64,000 nt of DNA. It comes from Acidimicrobiia bacterium (lineage in GTDB: Bacteria; Actinomycetota; Acidimicrobiia; IMCC26256; PALSA-610). A program made the position numbers and the translations under genes. Below the pieces are notes generated by a model that saw nothing but the letters and a program-made list of their open reading frames with translations, was not told the DNA's origin and did no database searches. The stretch lies in the NCBI GenBank assembly GCA_038202885.1, contig JBBREP010000005.1:15144-79143 (forward strand). The letters are read 5' to 3'. This document shows positions 9,356 to 19,358 of this stretch, one piece after another. Numbering within the stretch: position 1 is the stretch's first letter; every line of letters starts with the position of its first letter.

Positions 9356-9374
9356 GGTCGCGATCCTAGAGGCG

Positions 9375-10733
9375 TCAGAGCGAAGCGATGAGTCGCTCCA
9401 CGCGCTCATCGCGGCTCTTGAATGGGTCTTTGCAGAGCACGGTGCGCTGCGCCTGATCGTTGAGCTTCAGGTGCACCCAGTCGACCGTGTAATCGCGCTT
9501 GCGTTCCTTGGCTCGCTTGATGAACGCGCCGCGCAGTTTGGCGCGCGTGGTCTGTGGTGGCGTGTCGACGGCCGTTTCGATATCGGCTTCGCTCACGAGC
9601 GTTTCGACGAGCCCTCGCTTGACGAGCATGGCGTAGAGCGAGCGCGATCGCGTGATGTCGTGGTACGCGAGGTCGACGAGCGCCACGCGCGGGCTGGCGA
9701 GCTGGAGGTCGTGTTTGGCTCGGTATTGCTCGATGAGGTGGTATTTGATGACCCAGTCGACCTCGGTCTGGAGCTTCAGCGGATCGGTCTCGATCGCTGT
9801 CATGACGTGCTCCCACATGTCGAGCGCCTGCTGTTCTTGATCGGTCAGCCCACGCCGCTTCGCGAACCGCAACGCGCGTGTGAGGTACTCGGACTGGATC
9901 TCGAACGCTGACAGCTCGCGACCGTTCGCAAGCCGCACCCGACGCCGACACGTGATGTCGTGGCTGATCTCGCGGATCGCCCGGATCGGGTTTTCGAGCG
10001 TGAGGTCGCGCCACGGCGCCTGGTCCTCTTCGAGCATTCGCAGGAGGATTGCCGTCGCGCCGCACTTGAGGAACGTCGTGTACTCGCTCATGTTGGAGTC
10101 GCCCACGATCACGTGCAGCCGGCGGAAGCGCTCGGCGTCGGCGTGGGGTTCGTCGCGCGTGTTGATGATGGGGCGCGAGCGTGTCGTTGCCGACGACACA
10201 CCTTCCCAGATATGTTCGGCGCGCTGCGCGATGCAGTACATCGCGCCGCGCGCGGTCTGGAGCACCTTGCCGGCGCCGGCGTAGATCTGGCGGCTCACAA
10301 GGAACGGGATCAGCACGTCGGTCGACTTGGTGAAGTCGCCCTCGCGCTCCACGAGATAATTCTCGTGGCAGCCGTAGGAGTTGCCGGCCGAGTCGGTGTT
10401 GTTCTTGAACAGGTACACCTCGCCGCGGATCCCCTCCTCGCGCAGGCGCTGCTCCGCGCTCTGCACCAGGCTTTCGAGGATGCGCTCGCCGGCCTTGTCG
10501 TGGATGACGAGATCGCGCACCGAGTCGCATTCGGGCGTGGCGTATTCGGGGTGGCTCCCGACGTCGAGATACAGGCGCGCGCCGTTTTCGAGGAACACGT
10601 TGCTGGAACGGCCCCACGACACAACTCGGCGGAAGAGGTAGCGGGCGACCTCGTCGGGGCTCAGCCTGCGTTGCCCGCGCAAGGTGCACGTGACGCCGTA
10701 CTCGTTCTCGAGTCCGTAGATACGACGCTCCAC
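9375..10733 (-). CDS. pafA: Pup-protein ligase PafA
   Basis: [52 protein letters not shown] and DWVHLKLND; GGGAGG upstream. Confidence 0.96.
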   Translation of the reverse strand: MERRIYGLENEYGVTCTLRGQRRLSPDEVARYLFRRVVSWGRSSNVFLENGARLYLDVGSHPEYATPECDSVRDLVIHDKAGERILESLVQSAEQRLREEGIRGEVYLFKNNTDSAGNSYGCHENYLVEREGDFTKSTDVLIPFLVSRQIYAGAGKVLQTARGAMYCIAQRAEHIWEGVSSATTRSRPIINTRDEPHADAERFRRLHVIVGDSNMSEYTTFLKCGATAILLRMLEEDQAPWRDLTLENPIRAIREISHDITCRRRVRLANGRELSAFEIQSEYLTRALRFAKRRGLTDQEQQALDMWEHVMTAIETDPLKLQTEVDWVIKYHLIEQYRAKHDLQLASPRVALVDLAYHDITRSRSLYAMLVKRGLVETLVSEADIETAVDTPPQTTRAKLRGAFIKRAKERKRDYTVDWVHLKLNDQAQRTVLCKDPFKSRDERVERLIASL

Positions 10734-10829
10734 GCACCCTCCCGGTCTGCGTCCGTGCCGCAGTCTACGGCCGCCACCGACCGATCGGCAGCCGTTGCGT
10801 TTCGGCGAGCCGTTCGACACAATGCCGAG

Positions 10830-11177
10830 ATGGACCCCGCACCGATGGCGCTGCTCACGACCGTATCGGGTCGGTTCGCGGCGGATGTATTAGCCGCCCG
10901 CCTCGACGACGAGGGCTTCGACGTGCAACTGCGAGGTGGCCTCGGCGCCTTTGCGCTCCCCGTCGGCGAGCTGGCCGATGTGGACGTGTACGTACCCTGC
11001 GACCAGGTCGAAGAGGCCAGCTTCGTGTTGTTGGTCGGTGAGGTCGACGACGCGCTCGACGAAGAACCCGACGAGCGCCGCCGGCGGCTCCACCGCCAGA
11101 TCCCACGTTCCTACCGAGCAGTAGCCGCGATCCTGCTCATCGGTGCCTGCTCCCCCGTCGTCAGGTTCTTGCTCTAA
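10830..11177 (+). CDS. DUF2007-like protein with C-terminal TM helix
   Basis: [19 protein letters not shown]...VDVYVP...VEEA matches the DUF2007 pattern. CACAAT lies 6 nt before the ATG. Confidence 0.65.
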   Translation: MDPAPMALLTTVSGRFAADVLAARLDDEGFDVQLRGGLGAFALPVGELADVDVYVPCDQVEEASFVLLVGEVDDALDEEPDERRRRLHRQIPRSYRAVAAILLIGACSPVVRFLL

Positions 11178-11183
11178 CTCCTT

Positions 11184-11200
11184 GCTCCGCTGCGCGGAGC
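11184..11200. terminator. Small hairpin between convergent genes
   Basis: GCTCCGC-TGC-GCGGAGC, a 7-bp stem between the stops at 11177 and 11200. Confidence 0.5.
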
Positions 11201-11880
11201 TAATGGAGCAGCGCGACGAGTTCTTCGCCTTTGACACGGCGGAAGGTGCGACGGCCGCGGGCTCGATCGAGCAGTGCGACCTCGAGGCGGTCGGCGCCGA
11301 GTTCCTCGTCGCCGGTGCCGAGCACCTTCGCACCCAGCTTGACCGCGTCGGCCAGCGTCATGTTGTCGCGATACTGCTCCGAGAGTTGCGCGTTGATCGC
11401 TTCGGACTGCCCGCCGAGGACCGAATACCGCTGTTCTTCGATCACGACGCCGTCGTAGAACACGTGGTACATCTCGTTCGTGCCGCCGGGCGCTTCGCTC
11501 ACCTCGGCCACGAGGAGTTCGACCTCGTAGGGCTTCATCTCGTGCGTGAACACCATGCCGAGCGTCTGCGCGTAGGCATACGCGAGTTCGCGGGCCGAGA
11601 CGTCTTCGCGCGAATACGAGTAGCCCTTCATGTCGGCGTGGCGCACGCCCGCGACCTTCAGCATCTGGAACTCGTTGTACTTGCCAACGGCGGCGAACGC
11701 GATCCGGTCGTAGATCTCCGCCGTCTTCGACAGCGTGCGCGACGGGTTCTCGGTGACGATGACGATGCCGGGCTCGCACTCGAGCGCCACGAGATCGCGA
11801 CCGCGAGCGATGTTCTTGCGCGCGTATTCGGCACGATCCTTCATCACCTGTTCGGGCGAGACGTAGAAGGGCATCGTCAT
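11200..11880 (-). CDS. prcA: 20S proteasome alpha subunit
   Basis: MTMPFYVSPEQVMKDRAEYARKNIARG, EIYDRIAFAAVGKYNEF and KPYEVE; ATGA overlap with prcB. Confidence 0.95.
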   Translation of the reverse strand: MTMPFYVSPEQVMKDRAEYARKNIARGRDLVALECEPGIVIVTENPSRTLSKTAEIYDRIAFAAVGKYNEFQMLKVAGVRHADMKGYSYSREDVSARELAYAYAQTLGMVFTHEMKPYEVELLVAEVSEAPGGTNEMYHVFYDGVVIEEQRYSVLGGQSEAINAQLSEQYRDNMTLADAVKLGAKVLGTGDEELGADRLEVALLDRARGRRTFRRVKGEELVALLH

Positions 11881-12710
11881 GGCCCGACCTCGGTTCCTGC
11901 GGTGTTGCCGCCACGTTCTGGGCCGCCGAGCAGTGTCTGGGCTCGTGCTTCCACGTCGGTGTCGGCGATCTGGCGATACCCGTCGGCATCGATCACCGCG
12001 ACGGTCGGGTAAATGCGACGGACGAGGTCGGGGCCGCCGGTCGCGGCGTCCTCGTCGGCCGCGGCGAACAGCGCCCTGATCGCGAGTCCCACGGTGTCGT
12101 CGGCGGTGGCCTCGGCGCTCCAACTCGCCTTGATCCAGTTTCGTGCGTGCACCGATCCCGAACCATTGGCGGCGTAGTCGAGTTCCTCGTAGCGGCCGCC
12201 CGTGGCGTCGAACGTGAACACCCGACCCCGTTCGCGACGCTGGTCGAAGCCGGCGAACAACGGCACCACCACGAAACCTTGCATCGCCATCGGCAGGTTG
12301 GCCCGCACCATTTGGGCGAGTTGATTCGCCTTGCCTTCGAGCGACAGCAATTCGCCCTGCACCTTTTCGTAGTGCTCGATCTGGGTCTGGAACAACCGCA
12401 CCATTTCGACGGCCATCCCGGCCGCGCCGGCAATGGCCACACCACTCCACTCGTCGGCCGGCGCCACCTTCTCCATGCGCCGTCCGGCGATCGCCATTCC
12501 GGCGGTGGCGCGACGGTCGCCCGCCATCACCACACCCGCGGCAAAGCGGATCGCAACGACCGTCGTGCCGTGCACGACATCGAAGGGCGCGTCGGCGCCA
12601 TCGCGGCGCGGCGCGACGCCTCCCGATGGCCGGACCCGGTGCATGAGGTCTGCGAACGACGGCCCGGGATCCATCCCGGGTGCGAAGAGCGGTAGGGGGT
12701 GCTCAAACAT
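11877..12710 (-). CDS. prcB: 20S proteasome beta subunit
   Basis: Propeptide followed by HG|TTVVA (catalytic Thr1), AGDRRAT, Lys33-equivalent and GSGS. TAGAGT lies 7 nt before ATG 12710. Confidence 0.95.
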   Translation of the reverse strand: MFEHPLPLFAPGMDPGPSFADLMHRVRPSGGVAPRRDGADAPFDVVHGTTVVAIRFAAGVVMAGDRRATAGMAIAGRRMEKVAPADEWSGVAIAGAAGMAVEMVRLFQTQIEHYEKVQGELLSLEGKANQLAQMVRANLPMAMQGFVVVPLFAGFDQRRERGRVFTFDATGGRYEELDYAANGSGSVHARNWIKASWSAEATADDTVGLAIRALFAAADEDAATGGPDLVRRIYPTVAVIDADGYRQIADTDVEARAQTLLGGPERGGNTAGTEVGP

Positions 12711-12788
12711 TGTTCGCACTCTATTGCGCATCCTGTGGCGGCCGGTGCGGGCCGGCAGCGTGTCGCGTCGTGATCAGGCGCGCCGCGA

Positions 12789-14057
12789 TCAGACGACCAC
12801 ACCGGCGGTCCGAAGTGCACCAATACGGTCGGCCCAGCCGATTTCGGTGAGGATCGCGTCGGTGTGTTCGCCCAGCGCGGGTGACGGTCCCGCCGTCGCG
12901 CTCGGCGTGGCGCTGAAGCGGCTCGGGTGGCGCGGCTGGCGGAGCCGGCCGGCGACGGGATGCTGCGACTCTTCGAACAGGCCCATCGCAATCGCGTGCT
13001 CGTCGACGATGAGATCCGCGTTCGACAGCAGCCGCCCGCACGGCACATCGTGGGCTGCGAGTGCTGCCATCGCGACCTCGGTCGACATCGTCGCGGCGCG
13101 TTCGTAACAGCGGTTGACGAACTCCGACGTGAGGTCGCGATGTTGCACGCGCTGGCCGATCGTTGCGACGCGAGGGTCGTCGTGGCCCTCCACACCGAAC
13201 GCCGCGCACATCCCGTGGAAGTCGGCGTCTGAGGTTGGGGTGGCGATCCCCCACCCGTCGGTGAAACGCAACGGTCGGAACGACTGCACAAAACTCGACG
13301 GTTGGCTACCGTCCGAATCGGCGAGCACTTCGTTGCCGGCTGCATCGGCCCACACGAACGACACGACCGCATCCAGCATCGACAGCTCGATGTGCTGGCC
13401 GCCGTGGCCCCGCTCACGCGCGAACAGTGCTGCGGTGATCGCCTGTGCTGCGTACATCGCAGTGACTTTGTCGGCCATCGTCTGGCGCACGAACTGCGGC
13501 TCGCCGGTGACGGGATCGGCTTGGGTCATCGCCACACCGCCGTAGGCCTGCATGACGGTGTCGTACGCACTTTTGTGGGCGTACGGCCCCACCGGGCCGA
13601 AGCCCGACAGCGATACGTAGATGAGTTCGTGATGGTGACGAGCGAGATCGGCATAGCCGAGACCGAGCCGATCGAGCACGCCAGGACGGAAGTTCTGGAC
13701 GACGACATCGGCGTCGGCCGCGAGCCGCTCGACGATGGCGCGGCCTTCCGGTTGCGTGAGATCGATCGCGATCGAACGTTTGCCGCGATTGCACGACTGG
13801 AACAGCGCGCTCACGCCCTGCACCGCCACGCCAACCCACCGGGCGATGTCGCCGATACCCGGTCGCTCAACTTTGACGACCGAGGCGCCTTGATCGGCCA
13901 GCAGCGCGACCGCGTACGGGCCGGTCAGCGCGATCGACAGGTCGAGCACCTTGATGCCCACGAGTGGGCCCGTCGCTGGGCCCATCGTGGAGCCGGGCGC
14001 GGAATCGGGCGCGGAATCGGGCGCGCCATCGGGCGGGGAACCGTGCGTGGATGTCAC
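12789..14057 (-). CDS. CoA-transferase family III (CaiB/BaiF)
   Basis: KVLDLS...GP...LADQGA.VVKVE, NRGKRSIA and ADVVVQNFRPG. GTG 14057 overlaps the upstream stop; alternative ATG at 13985. Confidence 0.9.
   Translation of the reverse strand: MTSTHGSPPDGAPDSAPDSAPGSTMGPATGPLVGIKVLDLSIALTGPYAVALLADQGASVVKVERPGIGDIARWVGVAVQGVSALFQSCNRGKRSIAIDLTQPEGRAIVERLAADADVVVQNFRPGVLDRLGLGYADLARHHHELIYVSLSGFGPVGPYAHKSAYDTVMQAYGGVAMTQADPVTGEPQFVRQTMADKVTAMYAAQAITAALFARERGHGGQHIELSMLDAVVSFVWADAAGNEVLADSDGSQPSSFVQSFRPLRFTDGWGIATPTSDADFHGMCAAFGVEGHDDPRVATIGQRVQHRDLTSEFVNRCYERAATMSTEVAMAALAAHDVPCGRLLSNADLIVDEHAIAMGLFEESQHPVAGRLRQPRHPSRFSATPSATAGPSPALGEHTDAILTEIGWADRIGALRTAGVVV
13994..14035. repeat. 12-bp tandem repeat (CGGGCGCGGAAT) in the N-terminal extension of the CoA-transferase
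   Basis: Two exact copies at 13994 and 14006, a degenerate third at 14018; encodes GAPDSAPDSAP. Confidence 0.85.
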
Positions 14058-15169
14058 GGTGTGAACTGTTCCTGTGATCGGGGCCGACCGCCGGGCCCGC
14101 TGTACGCGAGCCCGTATCCCGGCTGGGTTGGGAACTGCACCGATGCCAACGTCGCCTCCAATGTCTGCTGCGAGCCGCGCCACGCGTCGACGAGGCGATC
14201 CTCGGCGTCGTAGTCGAATGGGTCGGTCAATACTTGTTCTTCGATTCCTCCGCTGGTAGGCGGATGGTCTGCGAGCCACCGAGCCGTGCGCGCGATGGCC
14301 TCGCGCGCCGGGGTTGCGTCGCGGTAGCCGAGTTGGGAACGAATTGCGGTGAGATCGAGGACGCGGTGTGTCGGCAACGGCAGCGCAAGCATGGGCCGGG
14401 CCGGCACCGCGATGTCGTAGGGCATCGAGACCACCTCGAAGCGGTGGCCGAGTGCCGACGCGACCAGCTCCACGACGTGGCGTACCGACAGCACCTCCTC
14501 GTCACCGACATTGAAGATCTTGCCCGCGGCGGCGTCGGGATGGTCAAGCGCGAGGAGCACCGCGTGCGCGCAGTTCTCGGTGAACGCATGGTGGTGCAAG
14601 GTGAGGCCCTCGTCGGCGACCACGATCGTGCTGCGCCCGTCGAGCACGCGCCGTACGACCGACCATTCTCGCGGTGCGAGTTGGTACGGCCCGTAGACGT
14701 ATGGATACCGGAAGTGGGTCGCGCTCGGGTGCTGCTCGAACACCACCTGCTCGGTCGCGACGATCCGAAAACCCTTCTCGTCTTCGCCCGGATCGGCCAC
14801 AAGGGGTGCGTCCTCGGCGACAGGGATCGGGATGCCGGGAGGGTCGTAGAGCCACGGGTTCATCCAGCCGCGATACGCAGGCACACCGCCCACCGAGACG
14901 AACTGCGCGCAGCGCCCCGCGGCGTGATGCGCGATGCGTCGCAGCCGTCCGTACATCGCGATCACCACATCGTGGCGTGACTCGCTGAATACCTGGCGGA
15001 GCGCGTCATCGTCATATGGATCGGCATGGATGTGTGCCACAGCGCTCGGCGTCTCGGCGCGTTCATGCTCGCCGCGATGCAAGATCGTGACGTCGTGACC
15101 CCGTGCGACGAGGCCGGCCACGATCGGGATGCCCGTCGGACCCGTGCCACCAATGACGAGAACCTGCAT
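14054..15169 (-). CDS. NAD-dependent epimerase/dehydratase (extended SDR)
   Basis: MQVLVIGGTGPTG Rossmann motif and FRYPYVYGP. Confidence 0.85.
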   Translation of the reverse strand: MQVLVIGGTGPTGIPIVAGLVARGHDVTILHRGEHERAETPSAVAHIHADPYDDDALRQVFSESRHDVVIAMYGRLRRIAHHAAGRCAQFVSVGGVPAYRGWMNPWLYDPPGIPIPVAEDAPLVADPGEDEKGFRIVATEQVVFEQHPSATHFRYPYVYGPYQLAPREWSVVRRVLDGRSTIVVADEGLTLHHHAFTENCAHAVLLALDHPDAAAGKIFNVGDEEVLSVRHVVELVASALGHRFEVVSMPYDIAVPARPMLALPLPTHRVLDLTAIRSQLGYRDATPAREAIARTARWLADHPPTSGGIEEQVLTDPFDYDAEDRLVDAWRGSQQTLEATLASVQFPTQPGYGLAYSGPGGRPRSQEQFTP

Positions 15170-15197
15170 GGCGAGCGGCTACTCCTCGTCCGCGCCG

Positions 15198-16547
15198 CTA
15201 CCGCGCCGATGATTCGAGCAGGCCAGGGAACGCTCGCAGGAACCCGTCGAGTCCGATGAGTTCGCTCGGTGCGATGTCGAGCACTCGTTCGAGATTCCGG
15301 TGCAGGTTGACGACGCGGCACTCCTCGGTCGGCGAGACGGCGAGGTGGGTGAGCGCCGGTTGATGCAACCCGCGTTGGGCCCGCGCGAAGTTGGCGATGT
15401 CCTGGCTCACGACCAGGCCCATCGACGATTCCGCACCAGCCGGAAGATCCACGTCGAAGGGTCGAGCACCGCTCGCCGAGGGATCGACGGCGCGCCGGCA
15501 TTGGAACACGTCCATGAACGCCTCATCGGGCGTTGACCCCGGGCGCGAGCGAACGGCTGTGAGCATGTCGGAGAACACGAGTACCGAGACATTCGGAAAC
15601 AGGTTGTACTGCGACATGTCGAGAGCCTGCGCGTCGTCGAAGTCTGTGTAGTCGTGGCCCTCGCTCGCGGCGTGATCTCGGAGCCGTTGTGCGATCGCGG
15701 CACGCAGCGTGGTGCCCTCGGCGAGGTCGGGCGCCGGTCCGGGGTTCGCATCTTGCGCGAGCCCGATGCGCGTCCCCATGATCTCGACGAAGCTGGCCCA
15801 TACCTGGGCGTCGTCCACGCCGCGGGTGCGCGGCGACGCCACCCCGTACGACTGCTGCAGCTTGCCGTGCCAACCCCAGATCTCCTGCGGGCCGCGCACG
15901 TCATCGCACATCGCCAACATCTCGCGATGGATGCCCTGCACGTGATAGGTCTCGCTGAAACCCTCGATCAATGTTTTCCAATTGCACTGCGCGCGCACGG
16001 TGACCCGACTTGTGCAACGGAACTCGTCGACGCGCGCCCACGCCGCATCCTGCGGGATCGGATCGAGGAACTCGCGCAGCTCGGGACCGTCGAGCGCGAG
16101 GCACACGAACACGAGCGGGCCCCACACGTCGACGCGAGCCGGAAAGAGTGCGAAGTCGTCGTTGTCGACGCCGAAGGCGCGTCGCGACGGCACCTCACGC
16201 AGCGTCCCGTCCAGGTTCCACGTCCAGCCGTGGAACGGGCAGCGCAATTCGGTCAGGCCGGGCCCTGTACCCTTGCACAACTCGGCGCCGCGATGGCGGC
16301 ACACGTTTTGATAGGCGCGCAGGTCGCCGGCACTGGTGCGCACGATGAGCACCGACAGCGCGCCCACGGTGTGTTCGTACCAATCGCCGGGCGCCGCGAC
16401 ATGGTCGAGCGAGCAGGCGAGTTGCCAGGCGTTCGGCCACAGCTTCTGGCGTTCGCGCGCCGCGAAGTCTTCGCTCACATAACGCGTCACCGGGATACGC
16501 ACCGGTTCGGCGACCGGCGGGCGTGTTTCGTGCGTGCTGGTGCTCAT
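15198..16547 (-). CDS. Rieske non-heme iron aromatic ring-hydroxylating oxygenase, alpha subunit
   Basis: Rieske ligands CRH...CPFH, mononuclear Fe motif ETYHVQGIH and distal QD, plus NWK; ATGA overlap with the upstream gene. Confidence 0.9.
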   Translation of the reverse strand: MSTSTHETRPPVAEPVRIPVTRYVSEDFAARERQKLWPNAWQLACSLDHVAAPGDWYEHTVGALSVLIVRTSAGDLRAYQNVCRHRGAELCKGTGPGLTELRCPFHGWTWNLDGTLREVPSRRAFGVDNDDFALFPARVDVWGPLVFVCLALDGPELREFLDPIPQDAAWARVDEFRCTSRVTVRAQCNWKTLIEGFSETYHVQGIHREMLAMCDDVRGPQEIWGWHGKLQQSYGVASPRTRGVDDAQVWASFVEIMGTRIGLAQDANPGPAPDLAEGTTLRAAIAQRLRDHAASEGHDYTDFDDAQALDMSQYNLFPNVSVLVFSDMLTAVRSRPGSTPDEAFMDVFQCRRAVDPSASGARPFDVDLPAGAESSMGLVVSQDIANFARAQRGLHQPALTHLAVSPTEECRVVNLHRNLERVLDIAPSELIGLDGFLRAFPGLLESSAR

Positions 16548-17659
16548 CGCCGCAGGTCGGCCCACCGCACGACCTCGGTCTGCGGCGTGGGCACATCGCC
16601 TTCGGGCAGGAACCAACGCCAGTAGACGATGCCGAAAGGCCGTCCTTCGGTATCGATCCAATTCGCGACGCCGGGATCTTCGTGGGCCACCACCATCCGC
16701 CACGAGCCGTCGGGTTCGAGCATGGTGTTCGAGCGATTGCGTGCGACGGGCCGATTGACGTAGTCGTACGTCTGTAGGAAACGGTTCCACAACACCACGT
16801 TGGCGAAGCGACACTTCGGCCAGGTGGAGGTGATCACGAGCGCTTCGTCGGGACCAAGTACGTACGGGGCCATGGCGTAGGCGGCATCGAACGCACTGAA
16901 CGCGAGATCGCCGGGCACCTCGGGCTGGTTGAACACGTTCGGGACCGTCGACACCCAGTCAGGACGAATCTCGCCGGGCTTGGGCGCGTCGACCGTCTTG
17001 CCCCGCACGTAGTTGATGACCCGTTGGATCCCGGCCGCGATGCGAGCGTCGTCCCAGGTTGGCGGCGGGCCGACCGGGTCGACCAGCTCGATCGACAACG
17101 GAATGACCAAGGTGGGGTCGCACGCCACGGGTTCGGGCGTCTCGTAGTAATGGCGTGTGGTCAGGCGCGCCGCGTCAGGCGGGAGCGCGAGCCAGTTGCG
17201 GTCCAACGCGGGGCCGCCGAGCGTGAGCTCGTAGTTACCGGCGCGGTCGACGTCGAACTGCATGTCGTTGATCACGCCGGCGGTGCGCGTGGCGTACTTT
17301 CCTTCCTCCGCACCGGCCTCGACCGTGATGGATGTGTAGACGGCGTCGGCGACGTTGCCGCGCACGCGATAGGTGCGGGTCGGGTCGACCGGAGCCTCGA
17401 AGTAGACGGCGTCGGGATTGTCGCCGGTCATCTTGCGCGTCGGGGTGACAATGCGGCGGAACTGCGAATGCAACGGGTCGCTCTCGAAGTGCGTCGAAAG
17501 CGCTCCTTCGAGAATGTGCAGCAGGGCCCGATGACCGTCGCTGACGCTCCCGGCGTCGGCCATCCCCCACTCCTCGGACAACCAGCGCTCGTCGGCCTCG
17601 CGCAGCACGGCGAGCAGCTCACGGAACGCTGCTCGCGACTTCGTGTCGAGCTCGGCCAT
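16544..17659 (-). CDS. DUF1214-domain protein
   Basis: GDNPDAVY...DPTRTYRVRG, R.YY and DG.WR.VVAHEDPGV.NWIDTEG match this family; GGAGG RBS. Confidence 0.75.
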   Translation of the reverse strand: MAELDTKSRAAFRELLAVLREADERWLSEEWGMADAGSVSDGHRALLHILEGALSTHFESDPLHSQFRRIVTPTRKMTGDNPDAVYFEAPVDPTRTYRVRGNVADAVYTSITVEAGAEEGKYATRTAGVINDMQFDVDRAGNYELTLGGPALDRNWLALPPDAARLTTRHYYETPEPVACDPTLVIPLSIELVDPVGPPPTWDDARIAAGIQRVINYVRGKTVDAPKPGEIRPDWVSTVPNVFNQPEVPGDLAFSAFDAAYAMAPYVLGPDEALVITSTWPKCRFANVVLWNRFLQTYDYVNRPVARNRSNTMLEPDGSWRMVVAHEDPGVANWIDTEGRPFGIVYWRWFLPEGDVPTPQTEVVRWADLRR

Positions 17660-17749
17660 CGCGCCTCCAAGGATACGGGTTCCCCCTGGCTACCAGACGC
17701 CGAACCACGGTGCGCCTCCTGAGGCGAGGCTCCTGGCCGATGAGTCTGG

Positions 17750-19306
17750 ATGCGTACCGTTGCGCCGGAGGAAGGCGCGAACACCACGATGCCGTTGGAG
17801 GAGGGCGAGGCCGGGCAGACTGTGTGGATGTCGTCCGTGCGCTACGTGTGTGTGTCTGATCTCCACCTCGGCAGTGAGAACAGCTTGCTGTCGAATGTGC
17901 CGGCCGGTGAGACCACCGTCGACCTGAGCGCGCCGAGCCCGGTGCTGGTCCAGCTCGTCGACTGCCTGGCGTCGCTGGTGGGCCGACTGTCCCCCGATGC
18001 GCCCAAGCCAACGCTCGTGTTGAACGGCGACGTGTTGGAACTTGCGCTCGCCGACGACGAGGTCGCGATCTCGGTGTTCGTCCAGTTCTTGGAGCTCGTG
18101 TTCGAGCGTCATGCGCTGTTCGATCCCGTGGTGATCTATGTCCCGGGCAACCATGACCACCGCCTCTGGGGCTCGGGCCGCGACCCATCGCACGTCGGCA
18201 AGGGCGAGCCCGATGCCACCGACCACGGCGATCACGCCTGGGCCACGCAGCTCTTCGACGCCAGTCGCAACGGCAAGGGCAAGGGCAAGACCAAAGCCAA
18301 GGCGAAGGGCGCCGCGAACGGCGCGCGACCGGCGGCGGGCGACATGCTCGACCGCGCCGCGCGGCGCCGTCCCGGACTGGCGCACGTCACGTTCGAGCTG
18401 CGGTACCCGACGTTTGCAGTCGAGTCACCGGAGCATCGCGTCGTCGCATTCCATCACGGTCATTTCACCGAGACGTCCTCCTCGTCGATCAGCGCGCTGC
18501 GTCGTACGGCATTCCCTCGTGAGCCGTCGTCGGGCGCGGTCTGGGACGTCGAGGCCGAGAATTCTCCGTGGGTCGAGTTCGTCTGGTCGACCCTCGGACG
18601 GCCCGGTGCGTTCGGCGCCGACGTCGGTGTCGTGCACGCGATGATTCAGGACCCTCATGCCGCGCGCGCTGTCGCCGCGAACCTCGGCGCGGCCGCGGGC
18701 GGGTTCCTGCCCGGCTGGATGCCGCCTCAGGTACGACGGGCGGCGGGACGGCTGATGCTGCGGCGCGTTGCCAGGCGCGTCGCCGCCGACGAACGTTCTT
18801 CACCGACGGCGCCGTTGTCGAACACCAGCGGCGACGGACTGCGTGATTTTCTCAACGGGCCGCTCTGGAATCAGCTTCGGGTGGCCGAAGCACACGCCGA
18901 TCCGAGCGAGCTCGTATTCGTGTTCGGGCACACGCACAAGCCGTTCTGCGACACGTTGCGCTACGCCGGTTATGGCGCCCCAATTGCGCGCTACAACACC
19001 GGCGGTTGGGTCGTCGATTCGCTGCGGCCGCTTCCTGGCCACGGTGGTGCAGTGCTCCTGCTCGACGAAGATTTGCGGGCAGCCAACGTCGAAGTGTTCC
19101 GCCGCCACGGTTCAGCCAACACAGTGTCGGTCCATTCGGCGAGCGCAGACCACGAGGTGTTCGGCGCCGCGGTGCGCAGTGCGATCGACAGCGATCAGGC
19201 CGCGTGGGCCGAACTGTGCGCGACGGTCGACCTGCACACGCCGTATCGATACCGGAGCCTGCGTGCGATGATCGCCGAGGGCGTCGCACTCACCGGGCAC
19301 GCCTGA
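17750..19306 (+). CDS. Calcineurin-like metallophosphoesterase
   Basis: Motifs SDLHLG, NGDV, GNHD, HHGH and FGHTH. The start is uncertain (alternative ATG 17828). Confidence 0.8.
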   Translation: MRTVAPEEGANTTMPLEEGEAGQTVWMSSVRYVCVSDLHLGSENSLLSNVPAGETTVDLSAPSPVLVQLVDCLASLVGRLSPDAPKPTLVLNGDVLELALADDEVAISVFVQFLELVFERHALFDPVVIYVPGNHDHRLWGSGRDPSHVGKGEPDATDHGDHAWATQLFDASRNGKGKGKTKAKAKGAANGARPAAGDMLDRAARRRPGLAHVTFELRYPTFAVESPEHRVVAFHHGHFTETSSSSISALRRTAFPREPSSGAVWDVEAENSPWVEFVWSTLGRPGAFGADVGVVHAMIQDPHAARAVAANLGAAAGGFLPGWMPPQVRRAAGRLMLRRVARRVAADERSSPTAPLSNTSGDGLRDFLNGPLWNQLRVAEAHADPSELVFVFGHTHKPFCDTLRYAGYGAPIARYNTGGWVVDSLRPLPGHGGAVLLLDEDLRAANVEVFRRHGSANTVSVHSASADHEVFGAAVRSAIDSDQAAWAELCATVDLHTPYRYRSLRAMIAEGVALTGHA

Positions 19307-19358
19307 GCCACTCGGGCTACTCGCGCGCGGTCGCGCGCGGTTCGGTCCGACCAGCGAC

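Noticed and set aside
12711-12788. Possible hidden pup gene upstream of prcB
   Set aside because: Only 78 bp are available, and I saw no ORF ending in GGE/GGQ.
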